A stretch of DNA of 52,101 nucleotides from Pseudoxanthomonas sp. (lineage in GTDB: Bacteria; Pseudomonadota; Gammaproteobacteria; Xanthomonadales; Xanthomonadaceae), in contig JBQGFJ010000293.1 in the NCBI GenBank assembly GCA_052040085.1, positions 1 to 52,101 on the forward strand, read 5' to 3'. Every line of letters begins with the position of its first letter. The first letter of the stretch is position 1. Below the pieces are notes generated by a model that saw only the letters and a list, made by a program, of their open reading frames with translations, was not told where the DNA came from and did no database searches. Made by a program: the position numbers and the translations under genes. Shown one piece after another: positions 36,990 to 47,709 of the stretch.

Positions 36990-37886
36990 CTACTGCCGCC
37001 TGCGGATCGGAATCGAGGACACCGGCACCGATGCAATTTCTCCGTCGCCATCACGCACGGGCGTGCCGGCAGGTGGCGCCCAGGCGTGGGCATAGATGAC
37101 TTCCCATGTCGCCGGCAAGGTGCCATCGGCACGACGGAAGCTCTCGTACGCCGCCGTGGCGGCGGTGAAGCGCGTACGTCCCGTCAAAGTATGGCGGCGA
37201 TCGCGCAATGCGTTGGTGGCACCCATCGCGCGCAGTTCCCGCATCAGCGCAGGCAGATCGGGATAAGTGAGGGTGAAGCGGTCACGATCCAGCACCGGAT
37301 CGCGGAAACCGGCGCGCATCAAGGCATCACCGAACGGCGCGATGGGAACGAACGGGCTGACGTGCGGCACCGCATCGGCCTGCGCGAAGGCATCCCGCAA
37401 CTCGTGCAAGGTATCCAGGCCGAAGGTGGAGCACAGCAACAGGCCACCCGGCTTGAGCACGCGGCGGAATTCGGCGAATGCGGCCGGCAGGTCATCCACC
37501 CATTGCAGGCTGAGGTTGCAGAACAGCACGTCGGCGGAGCCGTCGGCGAGGGGCAATGCCCGCAGATCCGCGCAAACGCGTGCGAAATCCTTGCCCAAGG
37601 CCTGCTTCCACCAACCGGCCCGGCTGGCGGAGAGCTGCAACATGGGCAGCGCCAGATCCAGCGCCACGACCCGTGCGCGCGGCCAGCGCTGTTGCATCGC
37701 CGCCGCCGCATTCGCCGGACCGCAGCCGACATCCAGCACCATCTGCGGCTGGCGCTCGTCGAGGTAATCCAGCGACTCCAACAAGCGTTTTTCCACTTCG
37801 CGTTGCAGGACGGCGACGGCCTCGTAACCGGCGGCCGAACGCGAGAAGGCGCGGCGGATGTGATGGGGATCGAAGGTGGTATTCAT
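36990..37886 (-). CDS. bioC: Malonyl-ACP O-methyltransferase BioC
   Basis: RRAFSRSA..Y, VLDVGCG, NLSLQW, STFG..TL.EL; in the bio operon. Confidence 0.92.
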   Translation of the reverse strand: MNTTFDPHHIRRAFSRSAAGYEAVAVLQREVEKRLLESLDYLDERQPQMVLDVGCGPANAAAAMQQRWPRARVVALDLALPMLQLSASRAGWWKQALGKDFARVCADLRALPLADGSADVLFCNLSLQWVDDLPAAFAEFRRVLKPGGLLLCSTFGLDTLHELRDAFAQADAVPHVSPFVPIAPFGDALMRAGFRDPVLDRDRFTLTYPDLPALMRELRAMGATNALRDRRHTLTGRTRFTAATAAYESFRRADGTLPATWEVIYAHAWAPPAGTPVRDGDGEIASVPVSSIPIRRRQ

Positions 37887-37920
37887 TGACGAGGGACGTT
37901 CCGGATGCGGCGGCCTGTTT

Positions 37921-38694
37921 TCACGCCAGATCGCCGTTGAGACGTTGCATGAAGCCATCGATTTCCGTGGCGACGCGGTCGGCATGGCCAAGGAACGGAG
38001 CGTGCCCGCCGCCAGCGATTTCGACATGCCGGCCCTGCGGTGCCAACGCGGCGGCAGCTTCCATGCCCGCCGGTGACACCAGTCGGTCGCGACGCCCGGA
38101 TATCCAGAGATTCGGTACCGGCAATGCTGGCAACACAGGACGCAAGTCACTGTCCTCGAGCAACGCAAGGCCTTCCTGCAGGGCGCGCGGCGCGGGTTCG
38201 CCGCGGGCATACAACGTCTGCTTCAAGGTGCGGAGTTCTTCGCGGGCATGTTCGGAACCGATGGTGTCCAGCGCAAGGAAACGCTCTAGTGTGCCAGCGT
38301 AGTCACGATCAAGATCGCGCCCGAATTGCAGGAACACCGACGGGTCCACGGCGTGTAGCCAGTCTTCGCCGCGCACGAAGCGCGGCGTGGCCGCCAGCAT
38401 CACCAGCCCACGCACCTGCGCGCGCGTGGCGGCAGCATGCAAGGCAAACAGCCCCCCCAGCGACCAACCCAGCCAGACCGCAGGTGGCGTACGGGCGGCG
38501 ATATCCGCGACGCAGGCCTCCAGCGCCAGCGGCACGCTGGCATCACGGCTGTATCCATGCCCCGGCAGGTCCACCAGATGCAGGCAATACTGGCCGGCAA
38601 GCCGCTGTACCAGCGGCGCGAACACGCCGGCATGCAGGGCCCAACCATGGATCATGACCAGTGGCGGGCCTTCGCCCGTGGTTTCGATATGCAT
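37921..38694 (-). CDS. bioH: Pimeloyl-ACP methyl ester esterase BioH
   Basis: IHGWA, DLPGHG, GWSLGG, GHAPF. Confidence 0.93.
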   Translation of the reverse strand: MHIETTGEGPPLVMIHGWALHAGVFAPLVQRLAGQYCLHLVDLPGHGYSRDASVPLALEACVADIAARTPPAVWLGWSLGGLFALHAAATRAQVRGLVMLAATPRFVRGEDWLHAVDPSVFLQFGRDLDRDYAGTLERFLALDTIGSEHAREELRTLKQTLYARGEPAPRALQEGLALLEDSDLRPVLPALPVPNLWISGRRDRLVSPAGMEAAAALAPQGRHVEIAGGGHAPFLGHADRVATEIDGFMQRLNGDLA

Positions 38695-38711
38695 GCGCCT
38701 ATTGTCGCCGA

Positions 38712-39914
38712 TCAGGCCACGGCATCCTGCATTCGTCGGGTCTGGTCGCGGGCGCGCGCCAAGGCCGTCACCAGCGCATCCACCTGGTCGAAGTCATGCA
38801 ATGCAGACAAGGTCACCCGCAGGCGCGCCTTGCCTTCGGGAACGGTGGGCGGCCGGATGGCGGCCACCCGGTAGCCATCGCGCTCCAGCACGGAGGACAT
38901 CGCCATGGCGACTTCATCGCCGCCACACAACACCGGCTGGATGGGCGAATCGGAGGCCATCAGCTCCAGTCCCTGCCGCATGGCCAGCGCACGGAAGCGC
39001 TCGGTCAGCGCGCGCAGCTTGTCGCGACGCCATTGGTCGCGACGCGCCAGCCGCACCGCCACGCGTGCGGCGGCGGCGTCTGCCGGTGGCAATGCGGTGG
39101 TGTAGATGTAGGGCCGCGCGGTTTCGGCCAGATGGCGGACCAGGGCCTCGTCACCCACCACCACAGCACCATGCCCACCCAGGGCCTTGCCCAGGGTCAC
39201 CAGCTGCAGCGGCACCTCGGCCACGCCAAGCCGCGCCTCGGCCACGCTGCCACGCCCTTCAGGGCCACGCACGCCCACGCCATGCGCGTCATCCACGTAG
39301 AACAGGGCCTGCTGCATGCGGGCCGCCAACGACAGCGTACGCAAGGGCGCAACATCGCCATCCATGCTGAACACGGCGTCCGTGACCAGCATGGCGGCCC
39401 CGTCCGGCGAACTGCGCAGCTGGCGCAAGGCGCCTTCGGCATCAGCATGCGGATAGCGGCGAAGACGGCACCCGGCCAGCCGCGTGGCATCCAGCAAGCT
39501 GGCATGGTTGAGGCGATCCTGCACGCATACGTCGGCATCGTCCGTCAGCAAGGCCTGCTGCACCGCCAGATTGGCCATGAAGCCACTGCCGAACAACAGG
39601 CCACGCGGATACCCCAGCCATTCGGCGACGTCGCGTTCCAGTGCCTCGTGTTCAGCATGGTGCCCGCTGACAAGATGCGAAGCCCCTGCGCCAAATCCTT
39701 GCCTGCCCGCAGCGTCCTGGAATGCGGCGACGACTTCGAAGTGTTGCGCCAGGCCCAGGTAGTCGTTGCTGTCGAAAGCGGTCAGCCAGCGGCCATCGAC
39801 TTCCAGCCGCACGCCATCACGACGCGTAACCGTGCGGCGTTCGCGTACGCGCCCCTGTGCGGCACGCAAGCGGCGCTGGCTTTCGATGCGCTGATGCAAA
39901 TCGGGACGCGGCAC
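38712..39914 (-). CDS. bioF: 8-amino-7-oxononanoate synthase BioF
   Basis: [34 protein letters not shown]; GTG at 39914 with an AAGGAG RBS. Confidence 0.93.
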   Translation of the reverse strand: MPRPDLHQRIESQRRLRAAQGRVRERRTVTRRDGVRLEVDGRWLTAFDSNDYLGLAQHFEVVAAFQDAAGRQGFGAGASHLVSGHHAEHEALERDVAEWLGYPRGLLFGSGFMANLAVQQALLTDDADVCVQDRLNHASLLDATRLAGCRLRRYPHADAEGALRQLRSSPDGAAMLVTDAVFSMDGDVAPLRTLSLAARMQQALFYVDDAHGVGVRGPEGRGSVAEARLGVAEVPLQLVTLGKALGGHGAVVVGDEALVRHLAETARPYIYTTALPPADAAAARVAVRLARRDQWRRDKLRALTERFRALAMRQGLELMASDSPIQPVLCGGDEVAMAMSSVLERDGYRVAAIRPPTVPEGKARLRVTLSALHDFDQVDALVTALARARDQTRRMQDAVA

Positions 39915-39989
39915 GGGATCGGCTCCTTGGATGCCCATTGCCGGAACATCGGCAATGGGCACAGTGGCTGCTGTGGATCGTGCCAGTGA

Positions 39990-41051
39990 TTATGCCGCCC
40001 GGCCGCAGGCCGCCACCGGGCCGGTGATGCTGACGTGTACGCTGTTGTGATCTTCGTCACGCGGATCGGCTTGCACGGTGACTTCCATCGGCCGCAAACC
40101 CAGCCTGGCGAACAAGGCCTGGTCCCGTTCGGTGTCCGGATTGCCGGTGGTCAGCAACTGTTCGCCGTAGAAAATGGAGTTGGCACCGGCCGCGAAACAC
40201 AGGGCCTGCAGCTCATCACTCATCTGCTCGCGTCCGGCCGACAGCCGCACCATCGAGGCCGGCATGACGATACGGGCAACGGCAATCGTGCGGACGAATT
40301 CGAACCCGTCCAGCTCCACGGTTCCATGCAGCGGCGTGCCTTCCACCTGCACCAGCCTATTGATCGGCACCGAGTCCGGATGCGCCGGCAGGTTGGCGAG
40401 TGCCTGCAACAGGCCCGCGCGCATCGCGCGGCTTTCGCCCATGCCAACGATGCCGCCACAGCAGGTCTTCATGCCGGCATCGCGCACGTGTGCCAGCGTG
40501 TCCAGGCGATCCTGGTATTCACGGGTATGGATGATGTCGCCGTAGAATTCCGGCGCGGTATCCAGGTTGTGGTTGTAGTAATCCAGGCCGGCGTGCTTCA
40601 ACGCATGCGCCTGCTCGCCATTGAGCATGCCCAGCGTGGCGCACGTCTCCAGGCCCAGTGCCTTCACCCCGCGGATCATCTCGGCGACCTTCGGGATGTC
40701 GCGATCCTTCGGGCTGCGCCAGGCGGCGCCCATGCAGAAGCGCGACGCCCCGGCCGCCTTGGCCTGGCGTGCTTTCTCCAGCACCAACGCCGTGTCCATC
40801 AGTTTCTGTGCCTGCACCCCCGTCTGGTAACGCTGGGCCTGCGGGCAATAGGCGCAATCCTCCGGGCAGCCACCGGTCTTCACCGACAGCAGCGTGGAAA
40901 CCTGCACCTCAGCCGGATCGAAATGCCGGCGATGCACGCTGGCGGCACGGAACAGCAATTCGGGGAATGGCAGGTCAAACAAGGCCACAAGTTCGTCGCG
41001 CTGCCAGTCATGGCGCAGGACAGGGGCTTCGGGCATGGCGTGTGCGGACAT
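39990..41051 (-). CDS. bioB: Biotin synthase BioB
   Basis: Radical SAM motif [20 protein letters not shown]. Confidence 0.96.
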   Translation of the reverse strand: MSAHAMPEAPVLRHDWQRDELVALFDLPFPELLFRAASVHRRHFDPAEVQVSTLLSVKTGGCPEDCAYCPQAQRYQTGVQAQKLMDTALVLEKARQAKAAGASRFCMGAAWRSPKDRDIPKVAEMIRGVKALGLETCATLGMLNGEQAHALKHAGLDYYNHNLDTAPEFYGDIIHTREYQDRLDTLAHVRDAGMKTCCGGIVGMGESRAMRAGLLQALANLPAHPDSVPINRLVQVEGTPLHGTVELDGFEFVRTIAVARIVMPASMVRLSAGREQMSDELQALCFAAGANSIFYGEQLLTTGNPDTERDQALFARLGLRPMEVTVQADPRDEDHNSVHVSITGPVAACGRAA

Positions 41052-41112
41052 CACGGGCTCGGGGCGGTAAAGTCGGGGCAGTCTGGGAAGCGGATGCCGG
41101 GCTGTCAACCGA

Positions 41113-41817
41113 ATGGACATCGGAAAAGTTTACGAGTGGCTGCGTGATGCCGGGCATGGCTTGCTGCCTCCGCGTTGCCTGGTATGCCGGGAACCCTCCG
41201 GGTCCGGCCTTGATCTGTGTGCCGCCTGCGCCACGGCCTTGCCCCGTCTCCACCATGCCTGCCCGCGCTGCGCCTTGCCGCTGCCCGAGACGATCGAGTG
41301 CGGCCAATGCCTGCAAACCCCGCCGCCACTGACCCGCACGCACGCGGCCTTCATCTATGGCTTCCCGCTGGACCGATTGATCCCGCGCTTCAAGTTCCAC
41401 CGTGACCTGGCCGCCGGACGCCTGCTCGCGGAGTGGATGGCCGAATCGATGGCCGGACAACCCCGGCCCGAGGCCTTGATACCCGTTCCCTTGCACGCAT
41501 CCCGCCTGCGCCAGCGTGGCTACGATCAGGCGATGGAATTGGCACGCCCCCTGGCCCGCGCGCTGGATATCCCATTGCTGCCGGAACGCCTGTTGCGCAC
41601 CCGGGCCACCGCCGCGCAATCGGCACTGGACGCCGACGCCCGCCGGCGCAACCTCAAGCGCGCCTTCCATGTGGATGCCCGCATGCCGCTTCCCCTCCAC
41701 GTTGCGCTGGTGGACGACGTCATGACCACTGGTGCCACCCTGCACGCCGCCGCCCGGGCCTTGCAGTCGGCGGGGGTGCAGCGGGTCGATGCCTGGGTAT
41801 GCGCACGGGCACCGTGA
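41113..41817 (+). CDS. comF: ComF-family double zinc ribbon / phosphoribosyltransferase-like protein
   Basis: Four CxxC motifs, PVPLH..R...[16 protein letters not shown]. Confidence 0.9.
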   Translation: MDIGKVYEWLRDAGHGLLPPRCLVCREPSGSGLDLCAACATALPRLHHACPRCALPLPETIECGQCLQTPPPLTRTHAAFIYGFPLDRLIPRFKFHRDLAAGRLLAEWMAESMAGQPRPEALIPVPLHASRLRQRGYDQAMELARPLARALDIPLLPERLLRTRATAAQSALDADARRRNLKRAFHVDARMPLPLHVALVDDVMTTGATLHAAARALQSAGVQRVDAWVCARAP

Positions 41818-41956
41818 CGGCACTTCGAAATGAGTTTAATTTCGTCGAATGTGCTCACATCACATATTCAAATGCTGAGATGAGACATTTTGATTGTTGT
41901 GGCTCCCGCCGAGGTATCAATTCAATGCAAAACAGTCGATGGCTTCAATCACGCAG

Positions 41957-42007
41957 AATGTGTATCCTGCGGCACATTTCATATAAATTGTGTCGTATTG
42001 TGCACAA
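41957..42007. promoter_or_regulatory. Two TGTG-N10-CACA palindromes, putative antitoxin operators
   Basis: AATGTG-TATCCTGCGG-CACATT (41957-41978) and TTGTG-TCGTATTGTG-CACAA (41988-42007), abutting ATG 42008. Confidence 0.55.
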
Positions 42008-42262
42008 ATGAAAGACATCATCCTCTCCAGACTAGGCAAGTCCCTGAAGGATCTCAGGCGGCGACGCGGGCTGACGCAACAAGAAGTTGCGGTACTGGCA
42101 CGCCTGCCACGCGAAAAGGTCGTGCGTCTGGAACAAGGCCGCGGCTCCACTGCACTGGAAGCCTATGTGGCCCTGGCACATGCATTGGGTGCCGAGTTCA
42201 CCCTGACTCCCGTGCAACGTCCTACGCTGGAGGAGATCAGCGAGGTATTGGGGGATGAATAA
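42008..42262 (+). CDS. XRE-family HTH antitoxin (HipB-like)
   Basis: RRRRGLTQQEVA...LEQG; overlaps the start of the HipA gene. Confidence 0.85.
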   Translation: MKDIILSRLGKSLKDLRRRRGLTQQEVAVLARLPREKVVRLEQGRGSTALEAYVALAHALGAEFTLTPVQRPTLEEISEVLGDE

Positions 42263-43478
42263 CGGACGCCTCAGGATCAACCGTCTCGCCGCCACGACCC
42301 CACAGGGCCCGGCAGGCAACCTGGTCCATGCTGACGACTATTACTTCACCTACGACCCGGGAGCGGCCGCCCAGGCTGAAATCAGCTTGCTGATGCCACT
42401 GCGTGCACCGCAGTACACGCAACCACACCTGTTCCCTCTTTTCCAGATGAACCTGCCCGAGGGATATCTCCTGGAGCAGTTGCGCAACAAGTTCGCCAAG
42501 GTCTCCCACTTTGACCCCATGTTGCTGCTGGCATTGACGGGTCGGAAATCGGCCATTGGCAGGGTTGCCTTGCACGCGCCGGAAATCGAGGCCGCACCGG
42601 AAACTCCGGTCGAGTTATCCACCCTGCTGGCAAAGGAAGGCTCCGAGGATTTGTTCCTGGCACTCACCCAACGCTATCTGCACCGCACTGGCATTTCCGG
42701 CATCCAGCCAAAGCTCTTGGTGCCCACGATAGCCGAACCCATGTTCGGCAAGTCTGCCGTGGCTACTTCCGAACTCATCGTCAAAGCCGCTGGCGACGAG
42801 TATCCCGGCTTGCCCGTCAACGAATTCATCTGCATGAGCGTGGTCAAAGAGGCAGGGATTCCTGTACCGGAGTTCTACCTGTCCAATGACCACAAGCGCT
42901 TCATCATGCGCCGTTTCGACCGTACCCCAGAAGGACATGCGCTCGGTTTCGAAGACATGGCCGTCCTCACCAATCGCCAGGCCAGCGAAAAATACGAAGG
43001 CAGCTACCGGCAGATTGCCAAGGCCATTGAAATCTTTTGCAGCCCGGCGAATGCCAGACGCTCGCTGGCGCAGCTCTTCGACCAGATTGCGCTCTCATGC
43101 ATGTTGGGCAATGGCGATGCCCACCTGAAGAATTTCGGACTGCTCTACTCCCATCCTTCCGCGGGGGATGCCACGCTCAGTCCGGCCTATGACATCGTCT
43201 GCACAACGTGTTACATCCCCGAAGATGTGCTGGCGCTGAGGCTGATGAATACGCAGGAGTTTTTTGGTGCTCGCGCCGACATGGCGGAGTTCGGAGAGAC
43301 ATTCTGTGGCATGGCCGATGCCCGGGGGCGACTGTTCGAGTTGGCCGAAATTGCCGATGCCATCCTGGACCGGCACGCTGGCCTCGCCGATGAAGTACCG
43401 GGACTCAAGCCTGCCTTGCAGCACGGCATCCGGCAGTTCGCGGAAACCTACGGGAATGACAAAAGACCACGGCCTTAG
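42255..43478 (+). CDS. HipA-family Ser/Thr kinase toxin
   Basis: ISL.MP, NLPEG, ISGIQPK, RFDR, FED, GNGDAHLKN, SPAYD. Confidence 0.92.
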   Translation: MNNGRLRINRLAATTPQGPAGNLVHADDYYFTYDPGAAAQAEISLLMPLRAPQYTQPHLFPLFQMNLPEGYLLEQLRNKFAKVSHFDPMLLLALTGRKSAIGRVALHAPEIEAAPETPVELSTLLAKEGSEDLFLALTQRYLHRTGISGIQPKLLVPTIAEPMFGKSAVATSELIVKAAGDEYPGLPVNEFICMSVVKEAGIPVPEFYLSNDHKRFIMRRFDRTPEGHALGFEDMAVLTNRQASEKYEGSYRQIAKAIEIFCSPANARRSLAQLFDQIALSCMLGNGDAHLKNFGLLYSHPSAGDATLSPAYDIVCTTCYIPEDVLALRLMNTQEFFGARADMAEFGETFCGMADARGRLFELAEIADAILDRHAGLADEVPGLKPALQHGIRQFAETYGNDKRPRP

Positions 43479-43789
43479 ACATGCCATGCCGTGGCACAGC
43501 CGGGTTCGGACCGAAAAACCAGCACGGTTCCCGTGCACCGAAGCAAGCAGCCCGAGACCCAGGGACTCCGCAACGCGGGAATTGACCTGTGCAAATGACT
43601 CAAATTGACCGTATCTGACTGGTCGGCCAAAGCTGCATGCCTCCGCTTCCTGTGTCATACCGCACGGGACAGCCCGGGACATATCGACATGCCGCCGTGA
43701 CATCAAGCGCGCTTGTGCATGGCGCTATGATGGGCGCGCACCCGGCAGCCTGCCGGGATGACACCTTCATCACTCTTGGGGACATTTCA

Positions 43790-44356
43790 ATGAGTACGAA
43801 TTTTCTTGCCGGTTCGCGCAGCTGGTGGGTCCTGGTCCTGTTCGGCCTGCTGGCCATTGCCTTTGGTGCGTTCGCCTTTGCCGCACCCAGCCGCACCCTG
43901 ATTGCGCTGGTCTGGACCTTCGGCATCCTGTCGCTGGCCGAAGGCGTGGTCAGCCTGATCGCCGTGTTCTTCACCAAGAGTGCGGAACTTCCGTTCCCGC
44001 GCTGGCTGCTGGTGCTCTACGCCCTGATCTCCATCGCCTTCGGCGTGCTGGCCATCGGCAACCCGCAGGCCATGAAGGACGCCTTGATCCTGCTGTTGGC
44101 CGCCTGGCTGGTGATCGCCGGCATCTTCCGCATCATCTATGCCTTCCGCGCACGCAACAGCGATACCTTCGGCGCCTGGTTGATTGGCGTCAGCGGCGTG
44201 CTGGCGCTGGTGTTCGGCATCCTGTTCTTCGTCTATCCGACCTCCGCCGTATTGGCGTTGACCATCTGGATCGGTATCGGCGCCCTGATCTACGGCGTAC
44301 TGCAGGTGGTGGCCGGCCTGCTGGTCAAGAAATACGCTCCGAAGCAGATCGCCTGA
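43790..44356 (+). CDS. HdeD / DUF308 membrane protein
   Basis: RSWWVLVLFGLLAIAFG and six TMs in a repeated pattern. Confidence 0.85.
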   Translation: MSTNFLAGSRSWWVLVLFGLLAIAFGAFAFAAPSRTLIALVWTFGILSLAEGVVSLIAVFFTKSAELPFPRWLLVLYALISIAFGVLAIGNPQAMKDALILLLAAWLVIAGIFRIIYAFRARNSDTFGAWLIGVSGVLALVFGILFFVYPTSAVLALTIWIGIGALIYGVLQVVAGLLVKKYAPKQIA

Positions 44357-44389
44357 TGCAATGGGGCCGGCGGACGGGTTCCGCCGGCC

Positions 44390-45289
44390 TCAGCCGGACA
44401 GCACAAGGTCCAACGCGATACCCGCGAAGATCACCAAGCCAACCCAGTTGTTATGCAGGAAGGCACGGAAACACGCCGCCCGCTCGCGTTTGCGGGCCAT
44501 GACGAACTCCTGTGCCACCAGCAAGGCGGCAATGCCCAGGCAGGTCCAGTAATACACACCCAGTTCCGCCTGCCGCCCCACCAACACCAAGGCGACGAAC
44601 ATCAGCGCATACAACACGCCCTGCGCCACCAGGTCCATTTCGCCGAACAGGATCGCCGTTGACTTCGAACCGGCGCGGATATCGTCGTCACGATCCACCA
44701 TGGCATACCAGGTGTCATAGGCCGTGGCCCACAGGATGTTGGCGCAATAAAGCACCCATGCCACCGGCGGCACGCTGTCTTGCACGGCCGCGAAGGCCAT
44801 CGGGATGCCCCAGCCGAAGGCCAGCCCCAGGTAGACCTGCGGCAGATAGGTATGCCGCTTCAGATAGGGATACGTGGCCGCCAGGAACAGTCCCGCCACG
44901 CTCAGGTACACGGTCAGGCGATTCATCGTCAGCACGAGTGCAAATGCCACCAGCATCAACACCGCGAAGACCGCCAGCGCCTCGCGTCCCGAGACCGCGC
45001 CCGTGGCCAGCGGCCGCTGCCGGGTACGCTCGACCTGCGGGTCCAGCCAACGATCGGCATAGTCATTGATCACGCAGCCGGCCGAACGGGTCAACCAGAC
45101 ACCGGCGGTGAACACGAACAGCGTCCACAACGGCGGCAAGCCCCCGGACGCCAGCCACAAGCCCCACCAGGTCGGCCACAGCAACAACAGCGTACCGATG
45201 GGCCGGTCACCACGGACCAGCTTCCAGTATTGGCCCAGGCGCTCGCGCCAGAACGGGACCACGGGATCTTCGAAACGTTCGTAACTCAT
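44390..45289 (-). CDS. ubiA: 4-hydroxybenzoate octaprenyltransferase
   Basis: [41 protein letters not shown]. Confidence 0.95.
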   Translation of the reverse strand: MSYERFEDPVVPFWRERLGQYWKLVRGDRPIGTLLLLWPTWWGLWLASGGLPPLWTLFVFTAGVWLTRSAGCVINDYADRWLDPQVERTRQRPLATGAVSGREALAVFAVLMLVAFALVLTMNRLTVYLSVAGLFLAATYPYLKRHTYLPQVYLGLAFGWGIPMAFAAVQDSVPPVAWVLYCANILWATAYDTWYAMVDRDDDIRAGSKSTAILFGEMDLVAQGVLYALMFVALVLVGRQAELGVYYWTCLGIAALLVAQEFVMARKRERAACFRAFLHNNWVGLVIFAGIALDLVLSG

Positions 45290-45426
45290 CCGCCAAGACT
45301 AACAAGTCCGGCTATCCCAAGCCCGCTACACTGTGCGCCTGTTCGAAATGCGTTGCAGCCTGCTGGTGATCGAAGCCCCGCCCGGCGGATGGCAGCGACC
45401 GCAAGCCCGATACACAAGGAAGCAAG

Positions 45427-46824
45427 ATGATCCCGGTAATCCTTTCCGGCGGTTCCGGCACCCGGCTATGGCCCCTGTCGCGCGAAGCCTATCCCAAGCA
45501 ATTCCTGCCCTTGGTCGACGATGACTCCATGCTGCAGGCCACCTGGCGCCGGGTAGCTCCGCTGGCATCGGCGGCCCCGTTGGTGGTGGCCAACGAAGAG
45601 CACCGCTTCATGGTGGCCGAGCAGTTGCGGCAGGTGGGCTGCACACCCGCTGCCATCCTGCTGGAGCCGGTCGGCCGCAACACCGCCCCGGCTATCGCCG
45701 TCGCCGCATTGCAGGCCACGGCACGCGGTGATGACCCCTTGCTGCTGGTATTGCCCTCGGACCACGTGATCACCGATGCCGACGCCTTTCGCCAGGCCGT
45801 GCAAATGGCTGCCACTGCGGCAGGCGAGGGCAAGCTGGTCACCTTCGGCATCGTGCCTTCCGGCCCGGAAACCGGCTACGGCTACATCCGTGCAGCGTCA
45901 GGACAGGGCGTCCGTGCAGTGGCGCAGTTCGTCGAGAAGCCCGATGCCGCCACGGCTGCCGGCTACGTGGCCAGCGGCGATTATTTCTGGAACAGCGGCA
46001 TGTTCCTGTTCCGTGCCTCCGTCTATCTGGCCGAACTAGAGCGCCACCAGCCCGCCATGCTGGCGGCCTGCCGTGCCGCGCTGGATGCCGCCACGCGCGA
46101 TGCGGATTTCATCCGCCTGGACAAGACCGCCTTCACCGCCTGTCCCTCCGATTCCATCGACTACGCCGTGATGGAGAAAACCACCGATGCCGCCGTGCTG
46201 CCCATCAGCGTCGGCTGGAACGATGTTGGTAGCTGGTCGGCCCTGTGGGACGTGGCCGAACAGGACGGTGACGGCAATGCCCACCATGGCGACGTGCTGG
46301 CACAGGATTGCCGCAACACCCTGGCCTGGGGCAGTGGACGCCTGCTTGCCTTGCTGGGACTGGAAGACGTGGTGGTGGTGGATACCGCCGATGCGGTACT
46401 GGTGGCACACAAGGACCGCGTGCAGGACGTCAAAGGCATCGTCGCCACGCTCAAGGCCAACGGCCGCAGCGAACCCAGCTGGCACCGCAAGGTGTACCGC
46501 CCCTGGGGCAGCTACGACTCCATCGACATGGGCGAGCGTTTCCAGGTCAAGCGCATCACGGTCAAACCCGGTGCCGCATTGAGCCTGCAGATGCACCACC
46601 ATCGTGCCGAACACTGGATCGTGGTCAGCGGCACCGGCCGCATCACCCGCGGCGACGAGGTGCTGCTGCTCAGCGAAAACCAGAGCACCTACATCCCGCT
46701 GGGGGTCAAGCACCGCCTGGAAAACCCCGGACAGGTGCCGCTGGAACTGATCGAAGTGCAGTCCGGCAGCTATCTGGGCGAAGACGACATCGTCCGCTTC
46801 GAGGATGTCTACGGCCGCGGTTGA
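45427..46824 (+). CDS. manC: Mannose-1-phosphate guanylyltransferase / mannose-6-phosphate isomerase (ManC/XanB)
   Basis: GGSGTRLWPLSR..PKQF, EP.GRNTAP, SIDYAVME, RPWG, cupin motif HHHRAEHW. Confidence 0.93.
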   Translation: MIPVILSGGSGTRLWPLSREAYPKQFLPLVDDDSMLQATWRRVAPLASAAPLVVANEEHRFMVAEQLRQVGCTPAAILLEPVGRNTAPAIAVAALQATARGDDPLLLVLPSDHVITDADAFRQAVQMAATAAGEGKLVTFGIVPSGPETGYGYIRAASGQGVRAVAQFVEKPDAATAAGYVASGDYFWNSGMFLFRASVYLAELERHQPAMLAACRAALDAATRDADFIRLDKTAFTACPSDSIDYAVMEKTTDAAVLPISVGWNDVGSWSALWDVAEQDGDGNAHHGDVLAQDCRNTLAWGSGRLLALLGLEDVVVVDTADAVLVAHKDRVQDVKGIVATLKANGRSEPSWHRKVYRPWGSYDSIDMGERFQVKRITVKPGAALSLQMHHHRAEHWIVVSGTGRITRGDEVLLLSENQSTYIPLGVKHRLENPGQVPLELIEVQSGSYLGEDDIVRFEDVYGRG

Positions 46825-46836
46825 TCGCGGCAGAAA

Positions 46837-46863
46837 GGCATCCGGCAACCCATGCCGGATGCC
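46837..46863. terminator. Hairpin between convergent manC and sapC
   Basis: GGCATCCGGCA-N5-TGCCGGATGCC. Confidence 0.65.
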
Positions 46864-46870
46864 GGGGTTT

Positions 46871-47668
46871 TCAGCGCTTGGTGCGGGATTTCTTCGCCGG
46901 CGCCTTCGTGGCTTCGTCCGAGTCCCGGGCCGCATCCGCGGGTGCCGAACGCGCGGCCAGGTGCCGCTCGAACAACTGGTTGATGTTGCCCAGTGACATC
47001 AGGTGCGCGTAGACCCAGCCGAGGAATCCATCCTTGTGCAGGGCCAATACCTGTTCGTCGCCCAGCTTGAGGAACTTCTCTTCGTCCACGGCAAGGAAGT
47101 CGCTGAGCACGAAGCTTTCGCCGCTGACATGGCTTAGTTTGAAGCTGCGCTTTTCCAGCAACCCCAGTTCCTGCAATCTGCCCACGAACCGGCGCGTACG
47201 ATCCATTTCATGGGTGAAGTTCTGCAGGAAGCGGATCATTTCGTCCAGGTACTCGCTGTTAGCACCATCTTCGGCAAACAGGCGCTGGCCTTCCTCTTCA
47301 TTCCAGCCTTGGAATTCCGTATCGATGCAGACCGTGAAATCTTCGTTGCTGCCTTGCGCCAGGACGAACGGGTAACGCCGCACGAAGGCGGGGACATACT
47401 GGTTGGCCAGCCACTGTCCGTTGGCATCCACGCACGTGTTCTGCCCTTCCTTCAATCCCAGCAGCGCAATGGGCGCGGCCTTCTCGCCCTCGCCGATGAA
47501 CACGATGGGGTAGTGCCGGGCCGCCTGGTAGAACTCCAGGCCAGCCAGTGGCACCAGGTGCGTGCTGGCGGCGAAGCTGCATTCATTGGCTTGCTTCAGC
47601 CGGAAAGCCTTGTGTTCGTCGCGATTGAGTGCCTTGACCTGCTTGTACAACAACAACGTAGTGCTCAT
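46871..47668 (-). CDS. SapC-family protein
   Basis: L...H, VPL...EF..AA..YPIVF, ALLGL..G.N, YVPAFVRRYPF, AHLMSL.N. Confidence 0.85.
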   Translation of the reverse strand: MSTTLLLYKQVKALNRDEHKAFRLKQANECSFAASTHLVPLAGLEFYQAARHYPIVFIGEGEKAAPIALLGLKEGQNTCVDANGQWLANQYVPAFVRRYPFVLAQGSNEDFTVCIDTEFQGWNEEEGQRLFAEDGANSEYLDEMIRFLQNFTHEMDRTRRFVGRLQELGLLEKRSFKLSHVSGESFVLSDFLAVDEEKFLKLGDEQVLALHKDGFLGWVYAHLMSLGNINQLFERHLAARSAPADAARDSDEATKAPAKKSRTKR

Positions 47669-47709
47669 GAGTCGGTTTTATCCCTGGATGTAATGGGTGG
47701 AACGTGCGC

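Noticed and set aside
36990-41051. bio operon without bioA and bioD
   Set aside because: Split bio gene arrangements are common, so their absence from this window is not informative
41850-41864. Third TGTG...CACA site
   Set aside because: The spacer is 7 nt rather than 10, so it was not counted as the same operator
45290-45426. Possible tRNA or integration site beside ubiA
   Set aside because: No cloverleaf or CCA end around the GTTCGAA
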